Positions 47,230-61,141 of a stretch of DNA of 64,000 nt are shown here, piece by piece. The notes under the pieces were generated by a model. The model had not been told where the DNA came from and did no database searches. It worked only from the letters and a program-made list of their open reading frames with translations. The DNA comes from Centroscyllium fabricii (Eukaryota). The translations under genes were made by a program, and so were the position numbers. Location: the NCBI GenBank assembly GCA_051313645.2, contig JBNRSN020000006.1, positions 156,054,001 to 156,118,000 of the forward strand. The letters are read 5' to 3'. Numbering within the stretch: position 1 is the stretch's first letter; every line of letters starts with the position of its first letter.

Positions 47230-48828
47230 CTTCGACAGGGACAACAGGGAACCAGCCACCAAAGTCCTGCAATCCCCGGAAGACCAGCCATTAACACTGT
47301 CCTGCTCCAACGTAAGAGGTGCTCTACGTGGAGTGAACGCACGGAAGGCCGCGGGTCCTGATGGCATCCCCGGCCGGGCACTCAAAGAATGTGCCGACCA
47401 ACTGGCTGAAGTCTTTACTGACATCTTCAACCTGTCACTGGCGAAGGCAGCTGTCCCTACCTGCTTCAAGACCGCCACCATCATCCCTGTGCCCAAGAAA
47501 ACGGCCGTGACGTGCCTGAACGACTACCGCCCTGTCGCACTTACACCCATTATCATGAAGTGTTTCGAGCGGCTGGTCCTGGCCCACATCAAACCCAGCA
47601 TCCCCGCCGCCCTGGACCAATACCAGTTCGCCTACCGTGGGAACAGATCTACGGATGATGCTATCACTACAGCTCTTCACTCTGCACTGAACCACCTTGA
47701 TAGCAAAGATACGTATATCAGAATGCTGTTTATTGACTACAACTCAGCATTCAACACCATCGTCCCCAGCAAATTGTCTAACAAACTCCTCACCCTTGGC
47801 CTGAACACCTCCCTCTGCAACTGGACCCTGGACTTCCTAACCAACAGACCACAGTCTGTGAAGTTAGGCAAGCTCACCTCACCCCCCCCCTTACCCTGAA
47901 CACGGGGGCCCCACAAGGCTGTGTGCTGAGCCCCCTCCTCTACTCCCTCTTCACTCACGACTGTGCGGCTGTCCATGGCTCCAACACGATCATCAAGTTT
48001 GCGGATGACACCACGGTGGTTGGCCAGATCACCAACAACGACGAGTCAGCCTACAGGGATGAGATCCAGCGCCTTGTGGGATGGTGTGCCGATAACAACC
48101 TGGCACTGAACACCAAGAAAACTAAGGAGATCATAGTGGACTTCCGGAGGACTGGAAGCAGAAGTCACACCCCCATCTTCATCCAAGGGGCTGAGGTGGA
48201 AAGGTTGTCCAGCTTCAGGTTCCTCAGGGTCCACATCTCTAAAGACCTCTCCTGGTCACTAAACACCTCCTCTCTGGTTAAGAAGGTCCAACAGCGCCTG
48301 TACTTCCTAAGGAAGCTGAAAAAAGCCAGGCTCTCATCCGGAATCCTCTCCAACTTCTACCACTGCACAATCGAAAGCATACTGACAAGCTGCATCACAG
48401 TCTGGTATGGAAATTGCACCATCTCAGACCGGAAGACCCTGCAGCGGGTAGTCAAAACTGCCCAACGAATCACCGGTACACAGCTACCGTCAATGGAAAG
48501 CATCTACCTCAAACGCTGCCTACGGAGGTCTCTGAACATTATTAAACACCCCACACACCCCAGTCTGTTCACCCCCCTGCCCTCCGGGAGACGCTACAGA
48601 TCAATTCGCACCCGCACAACTAGATTCAAGGACAGCTTCTTCCCCAGGGATGTCAGCCTCCTGAACTCTAAAAATAAACTCCGGTACCTGCACACCTGAA
48701 AGTGTACTTTACTGTATGCATTTGCATGTAATTTATTTGCACTACTCTCGGTAGCATCGAGTCTTCGTCTCGTTGCATTGTACTAGTACTCTGCAATGAC
48801 AATAAAACTTGAATTGAATTGAATTGAA
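47230..48828 (+). mobile_element. Rex1/Babar-type LINE, 5' truncated, young
   Basis: [61 protein letters not shown]; single frameshift at the poly-C at 47882-47890; AATAAA and (TTGAA)n tail. Confidence 0.85.
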
Positions 48829-49230
48829 TATTCACTGGAGTTTAGAAGAATGAAAGGGGATCTCATTGAAACTTATAAAATTCTAACAGGACTGGACAGA
48901 CGTTCCCGATGGCGTGGGAGTCCAGAACCAGGGGTCACAGTCTAAGGATAATGGGTAAGCCATTTAGGACTGAGATGAGGAGGAATTTCTTCACCCAGAG
49001 AATGGTGAACCTGTGGAATTCTCTACCACACAGGGCAGTTGAGGCCAATTCATTAAATATATTTAAGAAGGAGTTGGATATATTTCTTGAGGCTAAAGGG
49101 ATCAAGGGATATGGGGAGAAGGCAGGGACAGGGAACTGAATTTGGATGATCAGCCATGATCCCATTAAATGGTGGAGCGGGCTCGAGGGGCTGAATAGCC
49201 TAATCCTGCTCCTATCTTCTATGTTTCTAT
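48829..49230 (+). mobile_element. CR1 3' end
   Basis: SRTRGHSLRIMGKPFRTEMRRNFFTQR; CR1 tail. Confidence 0.9.
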
Positions 49231-49234
49231 CTCT

Positions 49235-49690
49235 GGGCACAGCACCCCAGTAGCGCCTTGGGAGAAAAATACCCCCTCGCGCTCCGCAGCAGCGCCGGGC
49301 GATGTTACCGACTGCTGCAGGGGTCGCGAACAGTGCGGCCGGCCGCTCGCGGGGCATCATTTAAAGATGCGGTGGCTGGCCGACATGAACAAAATCACCA
49401 ATTTAAAAAAAAATTCTGAGCATTGGACGCTGGCTGAGTGCCATGATCAGTGAAGCTGCTGATCGCGAGGCACTCCCGCACCCCGGTGCTCCAGCAGTTG
49501 TCAAAAAAATGCAAAGCTTGTAACGGAGACTCCTTCCCTTTACTTGAGGAAAGAGCCCCTGCACACGTGCGACTGCTGAGCACATTGTCCTGGATTAGGA
49601 GATCCCGGCCTCCTGCACTTCAAGAGACAATTGGAGCGCTTGATTTTGCCCCCCACTTCCCTCTTGGAGCAAAAAATGGGAATTTCTCAA
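49235..49690. mobile_element. GC-rich MITE remnant
   Basis: GC-rich island ending ..GGGAATTTCTC, similar in style to the other MITEs; left TIR not found. Confidence 0.4.
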
Positions 49691-50413
49691 GTGTTTGAAA
49701 TAGTTTGCACCTGGCACTAACTTTTCAAACATTTTGACTTAGTGCTCCAAATGGCCCTCTTGGGGAATTTCTCCCCCAAAGTCTATTAAAAAGATTATTG
49801 AAAGTAGGGTATTTGTTATCTTTGTGTCACACAGTTCTGCAAAGGGGACAGCTTCTAGACCTTGGGGATAAGGTCTGCTTATGATACAATAAAAACTTGA
49901 AATTTTAAAAGCCGCTGGAATAGAAATGTACATTTATGATGAAAAACTTGCCTGGTTATTAGAAACTGAAGTTTCCTCAAAGAATTAATCACATTGTTTA
50001 AATTCGTAATCCATCATTTATTTCCAATTTTCACACCATGTAATTACTTCTTGAGAAACTACATTTCAAAGAGAAATGTCATATTAAGGAGATGAATATA
50101 ATTAACCCAAATGAGGTAAAGCACCTATTCACAAAACAGTCCATCAGAGACTGTCTGAGCAATGCTTAGCCCAAAACATTCCAAATCCCTCTTTTCTGCT
50201 AAAACTATCGACACCGTCTCCAGGATATCTGGGCAGGAAACACGAAAAGGACTGAAACCTGGCATTATTGAACATTCTGCACAATGTGCTGTGTTTTAAT
50301 ACAATCTCTGGGCATTATTAGAAAGTTTTCAAAATGGCATTCACCTCTGATGGCATTCTAGGTCTTTAGTGGGACTTGCGGCAATGGTGACAGCACTAAT
50401 GCCTAAAATGAAA

Positions 50414-50637
50414 CAATGCAAGAAGTCACACAACACCAGGTTATAGTCCAACAGTTTTATTTGAAATCACAAGCTTTCGGAGCGTTGCTCCTTCTTTAAA
50501 TTAACTTCTCTTTCACCTGAGGAAGGAGCAGCACTCCGAAAGCTTGTGATTTCAAATAAAACTGTTGGACTATAACCTGGTGTTGTGTGACTTCTTGCAT
50601 TTGTCCACCCCAGTCCAACACCGGCACCTCCACATCA
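50414..50637 (+). mobile_element. Miniature Penelope insertion: inverted terminal fragments with hammerhead (50514-50548)
   Basis: About 80-bp near-perfect inverted repeat (50415-50494 vs 50522-50601); flanking direct repeat TAAAATGAAA (50404-50413 / 50638-50647). Confidence 0.82.
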
Positions 50638-51270
50638 TAAAATGAAATATGCTGCATTGCAATTGCAAAGGTGCAAGTGCCAATTCCTCGTCCCTACAAT
50701 GTTTTCCTGTTCTCCCCTGTATAAGTGTTTATCCTTCACATGTGAACCTAGACAGTGAGTACTGGCAAGCTGGTCAATCATCCTCAAGCCTCACGTTCAC
50801 CGAACATCCAACCACCCAGCATGAGGTAAAGGATAGCAATCAGGAGTGAGAACCCTTAGTAATTCTTCCCCTTTGAAGCCCAGAGGTGCTCAGCACAATT
50901 ACTGCCCCCTGCTGAGTTCCTGGTAGTTAATCTTGGTTATAACAACAGAAAACGCTGGAGAAACTCAGCAGGCCAGGCAGCATCGGTGGAGAGAGAAACA
51001 GAGTTGATGTTTCAGGTTAATCTTAGTCTTTGTTTTCACACTGGGTAATGCATTTACCGATTAAGCCACTGGATGGCCTTTGGTGTTTCCAGGCACCTGG
51101 TTGGAAATAAGTCTGTCCCGCTGTAACTTTAAATTTGAGTAGTGTTCCACGTCAAGGCCTTGGCTTTTTGGGATCAGTTATTAGGAGTGCAATGGTCATG
51201 CAAACTAGTGTAATGAGACAGCATGTCATAAAATAATTGGGAAATAGTGAATCGTATGAAAGTCGGTCTT

Positions 51271-51530
51271 ATAGAAACATAGAAACATAGAAACTAGGAG
51301 CAGGAGTAGGCCATTCGGCCCTTCGAGCCTGCTCCGCCATTCAATGTGATCATGGCTGATCATCCAAACCCAGCACCCCACCCCTGCCCTCTCCCCATAT
51401 CCCTCGATTCCTATCGAGCCTCCATCGACACATATCCCACCCTATCCCCGTAACCCCACATATTCAAACCCCCTAACACTAAGGGTCAATTTATCATGGC
51501 CAATCAACCTAACCCGCACATCTTTGGACT
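51271..51530 (-). mobile_element. 5'-truncated V-SINE with long CR1 tail
   Basis: Reverse complement of about 4110-4357; (TTTCTATG)n tail. Confidence 0.85.
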
Positions 51531-51559
51531 TATGAAACCATGCAAGACCCCTCAGATCA

Positions 51560-51730
51560 TTATTCAAGGAAAGGCTTGATGCATACGTGAGGGAGAGGAG
51601 AATAGAAGGATACAAGAGCAGTGTGGGAAGAGGTCATTAGAGTGGGCAGAGCCTCGTGTGGAGTACAAGCATGGGCTAGACCAGTTGGGCCAAAATGCCT
51701 GTTTCTGTGTTGTATATTCTATGTAATTTT
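51560..51730 (+). mobile_element. Old CR1 3' UTR fragment
   Basis: Similar to 24665-24835. Confidence 0.6.
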
Positions 51731-52149
51731 ATGAATGATAATGCAGTACCAAATTATTCCAATTGAAAGTTTGAACATTCTCTCAAGATGTGCAAAACTC
51801 AAGAAATCCCCAGTGTAGCTTTTCAAGATAATTGCTTCTCATTAGATCAAATGTATACAAAGGATTTAGCAGAACATGTTGAAATGAACACTTATTAATA
51901 TAAACTAATCACAACTTGAATCAGTGTACATAAGCCTTGCAGCGAAGTGAGGATATTATAAAGCAGCTCTGCAGTACCCTGTGGAGGTCTCTCCTGGATA
52001 ATGAGTTTCATCTTTCCACACACTGAGCAACATTAGATGCAATTGGAAATGATTAATTGGTTAATTGAAAATGATGGGAATGAGTTTCTGGTTTGACCCA
52101 CATGTATTATTTGGTGGGTTCAATTATTAACAATAAATATTTAACTCAG

Positions 52150-52601
52150 CTTTAACTCAGTGGTAGTACCCATGCCTCTGAGTCAGAAGGTCATGGGTCC
52201 AATCTAGAGACCTGAACATAGAATCTAGATTTGACGCTTTAGTGTAGTGTTCAGGGAATGCTGCACTGTCAGAGGTGAGTCTTTCAGATGAAATATTAAT
52301 CTGAGGTCCTGCCTGTTCTCGCAGGTGGATGTAAAAGATCTGTGGCAATATTCAAAGAAGAGGAGGGGAGCATCTGTCGGTAGCCTGGACATCATTTATC
52401 CCTCAACCACCACCAAAAGGAGTTTTTCTGGTCATTCACCTCATTGCTGTTTATGGGATTTTGCTGTGACCAAATTGGCTGTTGCGTTTGCCTATATTAC
52501 AACAGTGACTTAGCTTCAATAGTGCTTCATTGGCTGTAAAGTGCATTGGGATATCCTGAGGCCATGAAAGGCGCTATATAAATGCAAATTCTTTCTTTCT
52601 T
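52150..52601 (+). mobile_element. DeuSINE (SacSINE1/AmnSINE-like)
   Basis: tRNA-like head ctcagtggtag..gcctctgagtcagaagg, Deu-domain-like ctttcagatga..ggtggatgtaaaagatc, tail gaaaggcgctatataaatgcaa(ttct)n. A tail fragment also lies on the minus strand at about 54580-54680. Confidence 0.75.
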
Positions 52602-54459
52602 TAACTATAACACAGGCAAAAACCAAGTGGCCTCGTGGCTGATCCAGTGCTTTTGCTAATGTAACATAAATTTAGTTTGGATGTATATTTCAGCAATTTT
52701 GAAAACATGCTCAGTTCAAAATGAAGCTTACCAACAAACTGCTATTTAACATTTAATGTTTGTAGTTAGGATCTTTAGTGGATTATTATTTTAACAAAGG
52801 AACATGCAATCTCGCCACTTTATATCTAATCTAGCATAGTTTTATTAAGTCATAAATGTTTCCTGAAGCAAGTATATGTGTACTGTGCCCAATTCTGCTG
52901 CTGATTCAAATTGTCAAAATTGGTAATATTCATCATTATAATCCCTCAAAATATTAACCTACATTTATGGGGAGATGTAGGGCAAGTTTGGAGTGGCACT
53001 TTATAGCTCCATTTTTTAAATATTTGTTGTCCCACAATGTTATATTTAGTATAACCATTCTACACTATACTATGATATACTACCTGACAGCACCCAGCAC
53101 AGATTTTATATTAAGTTGCATACTGAGTTCCTGGCCTCATTGATGAAAGTACTAATATTTCAGCCAGAGGCAGCTACATTAAATTAATATTTATTTCTGG
53201 GGTTTTCAAAATGGCTATAGTCACTTCTGGAAAGAAGCATCACAAAACACAGCTGAACCACATTCTGGGCTTGAAGTAATTCTCCTTAAAATTACATTTT
53301 AAAACATTTAAAAATTGTTTGTAGTTTTACAAAAATCACACAATACACAATAAAAAATAACGGGCTTCCTCTTAAAGTGACTGACTGCCACCTGAAAATT
53401 CCAGGGTTCAATATTAATTCAATGGGGTAGGCAGCACAAAATATTAATAGTTTCCACAGTGAGGGCAGGAATTTAGAAATATTTAATATATTCTCCATTT
53501 TATTTACCTTCATTATCTAGAAGTAGTCAGGTCTTCCTGACTCTCTTTCATATAAGTACATATGTTTGAAAGGCAGTAAATTGTCACTGAATTGCCAGAA
53601 CCAGCCTCCTAGTCCCTGTGGAGCTCTGTATTGCCTCTATTTCCTTTAGCAAGCAATGGAGTGGACATGCTGCTAAAACAGCAAATACTCAGCAGTGATT
53701 GAAAGAAAAAGAAAGAAAAAAAACCAAAATCGACCTGATTTGTTTGAGGTAACATCGACCATGATAACTCGTTTGGAGTGCAAAATGGATGGGATGAAGA
53801 GGTCCATGGAGCTGTTCTGTAAATATTAATATTGTTATGTAATTATCATTATAAAAGTATTTTTTAATTGAAGCAGCATTTATGGAGGTGATCAAGGGTA
53901 AGTGCAGGGTAGCATTTTATAGCTCTAATTTCAAAATATTTGTACTCCCATAATATAATTTGCTGACTTCATTTTTGCACAAACTATCTGTCTCCCTTTC
54001 ATGCTGTATGATCTTTAATTTAAAACAAAATCAGCTGCACAAGTTTTGTGAAGTTGGAACTAAATCTACTGGAATGGCTTTTCCCTACAACTTCAGTAAG
54101 CAGTCTCATGCAGGTTTGTGTGGGGGTTGCCGGCAGGGGCAGGGGCGGGGGTGGGGGCAGGGGGCGGGGGATATTTTACTGTGTGTGCAAGATCAAAGAA
54201 GATGCTTTAACTAAACCGTCATTATAAACCTTCTCGGTTTAGTTAAAAAGAAATCCCACAACAAAGCCATTTTAAAGGAATAAATTTAAATGTAAGGATT
54301 ATCATTTTTAAAGTTAGGATTATCTGTAGATGATACAGGAAACAGAAGAGCTACTGTGATGCAAATTATTAACTGATGCCCTTTTTGGGACCTGAATGCT
54401 ACTGACTTCCATTTTAGTTATTTTACAAATTCTACTGCAACCTCCTCAGCATTAAAGTG

Positions 54460-57400
54460 CCAATTTTTTATGTGTTCTTGGGAAGTGGGTGACATGGGTA
54501 AGGCCGCTTTATCGGCCATCACCAGTTGCCCTGATATGGTGGTGCTGAGACTTCTCCTTGAACCACTAGGTTGGGAATAAAAAGAAAGACTTGCATTTAT
54601 ATAGTGCCTTTCAAGTCTCAGGATGTCCCAAAGTGCTAATGAGCGAACAAAGTACTTTTAAAGTGCAGTCACTGTTGTAGTGCAGGAATTGCAGGATTTT
54701 GACTCAATGACACTGAAGTAATAGCATTATACATTCAAATTAGGATGGTGCTTGACATAGGGAGGAACTTGGAGGTGATGGCATTCCCATGGCATTGCTG
54801 CTGTTGTCCTTCTCGTTGGCAGAGTTCACAGGGGATGGAAGTACTGTTGAAGTATCATTGGTGAGTTGCTGTAGTGCATCCTGTAGATCGTCTATACTGC
54901 AGTGCACCAGTGGTAGAAGGGATGGATACTGAGTCCTATCATAGGGGCATGATTATTCTTGGAATGTGAGCGTCGCTGGCAAGGCCAGTATTTATTGTCC
55001 ATTCCTAGTTGCCCTTTAGAAGGTGGTGATGGGCCTTCTTCTTGTACCGCTGCAGTCCATGTGGTGAAGGTGCTTTCACAATGCTATTAGGTAGGGACTT
55101 CTAGGATTGTGACCCAGCGACAATGAAGGAACGGCAATATATGTCCAAGTCGGGCTGGTGTGTGACTTGGTGGGGATATTGGAGGTGATGGTGTACCCAT
55201 GCGCCTGCTTGCCTTTTCCCTTCGAGGGGGTGGAGGTCGCAGGTTTGGTAGGTGCTGCCGAACAAGCCTTGGTGAATTGCTGCAGTGCATCCTATAGATA
55301 GTATACACTGCAGCCACAGTGCACCACTGGTGGATGGAGGGGATGTTTAAACCAGTGGATGGGGTGCCAATCAAGTAGACTGTTTTCAGCAGCTCTGCCT
55401 TCAGCTGCCTGGGCCCTAAGCTCTGGAATTCCCACCCTAAGCCTCCCCGTCTCTCTACCTCTCACTCCTTTATTAAGATGCTCATTGGAACCTACCTCAT
55501 TCACCAAGCTTTTTGTCACCTGTCCTAATATCTCCTTATGTGACTCCGTGTCAAATTTTGTTTGATAATGCTCCTGTGAAACATCTTAGGACGTTCTACT
55601 GCATTAAAGATGCTATATAAATGTAAGTTGTTGATTGGGCTGAGGATGCCACCTTGAGGAATTTCTGCAGTGATGTTCTGGGATTGTGACAACCACGGCA
55701 CTCTTCCTTTGTGTCAGGTATGACTCCAGCTATTGGAGGGATTATGATGTATCCACCACTGACCAAATTTACTAGGGTTCCTTGGTATCATATTCTGTTG
55801 AATATGGCTTTGATGTTGAGGGCAGGTATTCTGACCTCTCCTCTTGCACATAACTCTTATGTCCATGTCTAAATCAAGGCTGCAATGAGGTCTGGATCCT
55901 AGTAGTTCTGGAACTGAGCATTGATGAGCAGATTATTGGTACGTAGGTGTTGCCTGAGGCCAGTATTGATGACTCCTTCCATTACTTTACTGATGATTGG
56001 GAGGAGGCTGAGAGAACTGCAATTAGTCAGGTTGGATTTGACTTCCATATCGTCGAGTTGGTTCCAGTGTCATAGTTGCACTGTTTGGCTTGGGGGTGGC
56101 TAGTTCTGGTGCATTACCAGGATGTTGCCTGGGCCTATAGCCTTTTCTGTACCCAGTGTACTCGATTGCTTCTTAATATTAGGTGCAGTGAGCTGAATTG
56201 ACTGGACTCTTGTATCTATGTTGGTGGTGGCCTAGAGGAGGCTGAGTAGGATCATCCACTTGGTATATTAAGCTAAAGACATTTGTATACACTTCAATCT
56301 TGTCTTTTGCACTCATGTGCTGGACTTCACCATGGTTAAAGATGTGGATGTTCAAGGAGCCTCCTCACCTTGTTAGTTGCCTGGTTGTCCACCAGCATTC
56401 TTGACTGGCAAAGCTACAGAGATTTGCGTTGATTGCTTGGTTATGGAACCACTGTTTACAGTCTGCTGCTTTGAATATTCAGCATGCAAATAGCCTTGTA
56501 TAGTACCTTCATCCAGTTTGTACCTCATTCTAAAGTGCATTTTGTGCTGCTCCTGGCATGTCCTTCTACATTCTCCATTGAACCAAGGTTGGCCTCCTGG
56601 CTTGATGGTGATCACAGAGTGAAGGATGTGCTTGGCCACAAGTTGTAATGGTATACTATTCTGCTGCTGTTGATGGCCCACAGTGCTTCATGGATGCCCA
56701 GTTTTGGGCTGCTAGATCTGTTCTTAGTCAATCCCACATAGCATGGTGGTAGCGCCACACTACATAATGAAGGATTCCCTCATGGCGAAGATGTGTCATC
56801 ACGAGGACTATATGGTGAGTACTTCTGCTTCTGCTATCATGGACACACGTCTACAACAGATTGGTTGGGGAGGATGCTGACATGTCGGTTACTTCCTTAT
56901 ATTGGTTCAGTCTGGCACTACTGAATCACTCTTGGTGGTGCACATTAAAATCCCTGTGTCCTTTCTTCCCCCATAGCTTCTTCCCAGTGATGTTCAACAT
57001 GGTTCATCAGTTGAGGGAAGATGGCATGTGGTGATCAGGAGGAGGTTTCCTTGGCCTTGATTGACCTGAAGACTTCACGGTCACCAGAGCTAATGCTGAG
57101 CACTCACTAGTCCATTCTCACCTGCCTGTAAACACTGTTGGGTCTAGCCTGCTGGTGAGACAGGACATCCCAGGGATGGTGATGGAAGAGTCTGGGATGA
57201 TGGCTGCAATGATTCTATGAGTACAACTATGTCAGGCTGTGGGACAACTGTCCCAACTTGGGCATCAGCCCCCAAATGCTGGTGAGGATGACTGTATAGG
57301 GTTGACTGGGCTGAAACTGCCTTAGTCTTACCCTGATATGATGCCTGGAATGTTTCCAATAGGCCCATCCAATTTTCTTCTTATTAGTGAACTTTGTAGC

Positions 57401-57660
57401 GAGTGTTTACAATCGAGTGCCTTGCTAGGTCACTTCAGAGTTAAGCATGTAGTTGACCACATAGCCTAGACCAGGTAGGGATGACAGGCTTGCTTCCGCA
57501 TAGGGCATTAATCAAACAGTTGGGTTTTGATAACAATCTTGAAGCTTTCATTGTTATTTTCCTGGTGGTTGCCCAAAAAATACCAGATGTTTTTAATTTA
57601 ATTTCACAACTTGCCACTGTGGGATTTCAACTCATGGCCTCCTGATTACTAGTCCATTAC
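54460..57660 (-). mobile_element. Old, fragmented non-LTR retrotransposon(s) (two 3' ends at about 54460 and 54955), with an L2-like tail fragment on + at 55385-55632
   Basis: Duplicated 3' segments; relic peptides ..SIHQWCTVAAVYTIYRMHCSNSPRL.. and ..KPGGQPWFNGECR..; clade not resolved. Confidence 0.6.
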
Positions 57661-58831
57661 CATAAACATTTTACCGTACCCATTTTCCCTTTTGTATAAT
57701 GATTGCAAAGTTCAAATGGCACAATTAGCTCTTATTATGCCAAGTACCATTGCAATGTAACTTACACACTGTATTGGACTAATCTGTTATAACCATGCAC
57801 TCGATTTTGAAAATGTTAATTCAAGATTGGAGAAGGGACTTTTTGCAATAGGTTTGGAGCACCTCTGTAATCTGAGGCCATATTGCTTCATAGAAACATA
57901 GAAGATAAGAGCAGGAGTAGGCTATTCGGCCCCATGAGCCTGCTCCGCCATTCAATGCGATCATGGCTAATCATCCAAATTCAGTACCTTGTCCCTGCTT
58001 TCTCTCCATATCCCTTGATCCCCTTAGCCTTAAGAAATATATCTAACTCCTTCTTGAATATATTTAATGAATTGGCCTCAACTGTCTTCTGTGGTAGAGA
58101 ATTCCACAGGTTCACCACTCTCTGGGTAAAGAAATTCCTCCTCATCTCTGTCCTAAATGGCTTACCCTTTATCCTTAGACTGTGACCCCTGGTTCTGGAC
58201 TCCCCCACCATCGGGAACATCCTTCCTGCATCTAGTCTGTCAAGTCCTGTTAGAATTTTATAAGTTTCAATGAAATCTCCTCTCATTCTTCTAAACTCTA
58301 GCGAGTATAAGCCTAATCGACCCAATCTCTCCTCATACGTCATTCCTGCCATCCCAGGTATCAGTCTGGTGAATCTTCGCTGCACTCCCTCCATGGCAAG
58401 AACATCCATCCATAGATAAGGTGACCAAAACTGCACACAATACTCAAGGTGTGGTCTCACCAAGGCCCTGTACAACTGCAGCAAGATATCCTTGCTCCTG
58501 TACTCGAATCCTCTCGCTATGAAGGTCAGCATACCATTTGCCTTCTTAACCGCCTGCTGCACCTGCATGCTTACCTTCAGCAACTGGTGCACAAGGACAT
58601 CCAGGTCTCGTTGCACTTCCCCTTTTCCCACTCTATTGCTGTTCACATAATGATCTGCCTTCCTGTTTTTGTCACCAAAGTGGATAACCTCGCATTTATC
58701 CACATTATACTGCATTGGCGTTGCCTCTGGCCAATCGGCCAACCTGTCCAAATCGACTGGAGTTTCTAGGCATTCTCCTCACAGCACACATGCCCACCCA
58801 GCTTTGTGTCATCTGCAAACTTGGAGATATT

Positions 58832-59663
58832 GGGCTCTGTTTTCCTGTGCTCCAGAGGAGCTGCACCCCCACGAAGGGGGGTCAGAAATGCCTCGTGGGG
58901 GTGCAGCACGGGGGATGCCCATGAACGGGAATTTCCTGTGCTGATGGGCAAGGCCCTTCAGCTCCCAACGCAGGAAGACCTTGCACTGACGATTTCCTGT
59001 CAGAACGGGTGATTTTTAGAGAGTAATTCCGTGTGCAACTGGCTCACAAGCTGCCCACGAAAAAACCAGGAGTAAGAGGGAGAAGATTTAGTTTTTGAAG
59101 CAGGTAAGTTAATTTTTTTACTTTAATTTTAAGTTTTTACAGTTTTGGGGAGTAGTGTGGCCAGATCGGTAGCGTTAAATTTTTAAGTTAAAGTTAAAAA
59201 AAAAAATTAACAAATCCGATTTTAAGTTAATTTACCTGTTTCAAATCGCTAATTTTTAAAGTTACATTTCTGAAATTTTTAACTCTCTAGCTAATTTAAA
59301 ATTTTTAAAAATCTAAGAGGAAAAAATGGTTGACTTACCTTCCGTTTCTTCCTCTGAGAAGCTGCTGTGCCCCCGCGCTGCTCCCCGCGAGTCTGTTGTG
59401 CAGCTCCGCACTTCCCTGCTCTCACTAAGGTCCGACTCGGGATCTCGTCATTCAAATTAGGGATCTGGGGGACGTTTCTTATTTAAATTTGTGGGGGCGT
59501 GGCTGGACACGCACCAACAAAAGCCAGACCCCTACGCAGCACCTGAAGACGTTTTTTAAACAGGAAATTGACGTTCTGTTTTCTGAAAAAAGTTGGTGCG
59601 TGCAATTAGGCATCCCCAGGGTCCTAGCGCACTCACTAACCGGCACACAGGAAAACAGGGCCC
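58832..59663. mobile_element. Harbinger-type MITE with distinct TIR
   Basis: 18-bp TIR GGGCTCTGTTTTCCTGTG / CACAGGAAAACAGGGCCC (17/18), exact TSD ATT; the CR1 sequence ggagatattacatctag is restored on removal. Confidence 0.9.
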
Positions 59664-60390
59664 ATTACATCTAGTTCCCCCATCTAGATCATTAATATAT
59701 ATTGTGAATAACTGGGGTCCCAGCTCCGATCCCTGCGGTACCCCACTAGTCACTGCCTTCCACTCGGAAAAAGACCCGTTTATTCCAACTCTTTGCTTCC
59801 TGTCTGCCAACCAGTTTTCTATCCAAGTCAGTACCTTACCTCCAATCCCATGTGCTTTAACTTTGCACGCTAGTCTCTTATGCGGGACCTTATCGAAAGC
59901 CTTCTGAAAGTCCAAATACACCACATCTACTGGATTTCCCTTATCTATTCTATCAGTTACATCCTCAAAAAATTCCAGTAGTTTAGTCAAGCATGATTTA
60001 CCTTTTGTAAATCCATGCTGATTTTGTCCGAACCTTTCACTGTTTTCCAAGTGCTCTGCTAGTACATCTTTTATAATGGACTCTAGCATTTTCCCCAGTA
60101 CCGGTTAGGGTCACCGGTCCATAATTTCCCGTTTTTTCTCTACCACCTTTTTTAAATAGTGGGGTTACATTAGCTACCCTCCAATCCATGGGAACTGTTC
60201 CAGAGTTTATAGAATTCTGGAAGATGACTAGTAATGCATCTACTATTTCTAGGGCCACTTCCTTAATTACCAGAGGATATAGATTATCAGGCCCTGGGGA
60301 CTTATCGGCCTTCAATCCCATCAATTTCCCTAACACCATTTCCCTACAAATACTGATTTCATTCAGTTCCTCCATCTCATTAGACCCTAT

Positions 60391-61141
60391 GGGTGCGAGA
60401 TTGCCGCTCTAGCGCCATGGGCGCTAATCGGGCAGCACACAATTAGCGCTAGGATTAGTGCCCAGCACTAAATTCAACTGGCCGCTAAGTTGGGGGCTAA
60501 CTGGTAGCACCCCAACGAATTTAGCGCCCAGCTGGACGTCGCAAATGACGTCATCAGGCCGTGCAGCACTTGGGAGGCGCTTGCAGCTGAAATTGGGCAA
60601 CGCCCACCGTTTTGCCGCTGGGCGCTGCCCGCGCCAGCTTTTTCCTATCCAAACAGCAGTGCTTGAGTGCTGCTTAAAGGGGAGTGCGGCAGTCAGACAT
60701 TTTTATTGCTGGCCGACCGCCAGCACCTTCCCCCTCGGGCTCCCCTGGCCTTCCCCACTGCTCCCCCGGCGGGGTGAGGCCTCCGTCAGCTGAGCCGGCA
60801 CTTCCCTCCAGTGCCAGGCTCGTTCTCCGCCTTCTGCTTCCTCGGCGGCCCCATGGGGCTCCAGCCGTAGCCGCGCTAGGCCCCTCCCCTTTAATGGGGG
60901 AGGAAGGCCTGCCATTCCACAGGCTGCCGCTGCGGCCTCCCTTATGCAGCGCTGCGCCAATGGCTCGGTATTCAGCCGCCTCGCACAAGAGCAAGGCGGC
61001 CCGCCCAATTCAGCGCCCGCCCACCCGTAATAGGCGATGATGGCTAATTTCGGCATTTTTAGCGCCAGCTCATCGCTGCCGCTAAAAATAACGCATCGCC
61101 CGGGTCAGCGCCACAAAGTGTGGGCTGTCCAATTTTCCTCC
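60391..61141. mobile_element. Harbinger-type MITE (family of 40132-40879)
   Basis: Co-linear with 40132-40879; imperfect TSD TAT/GAT inside the CR1. Confidence 0.82.
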
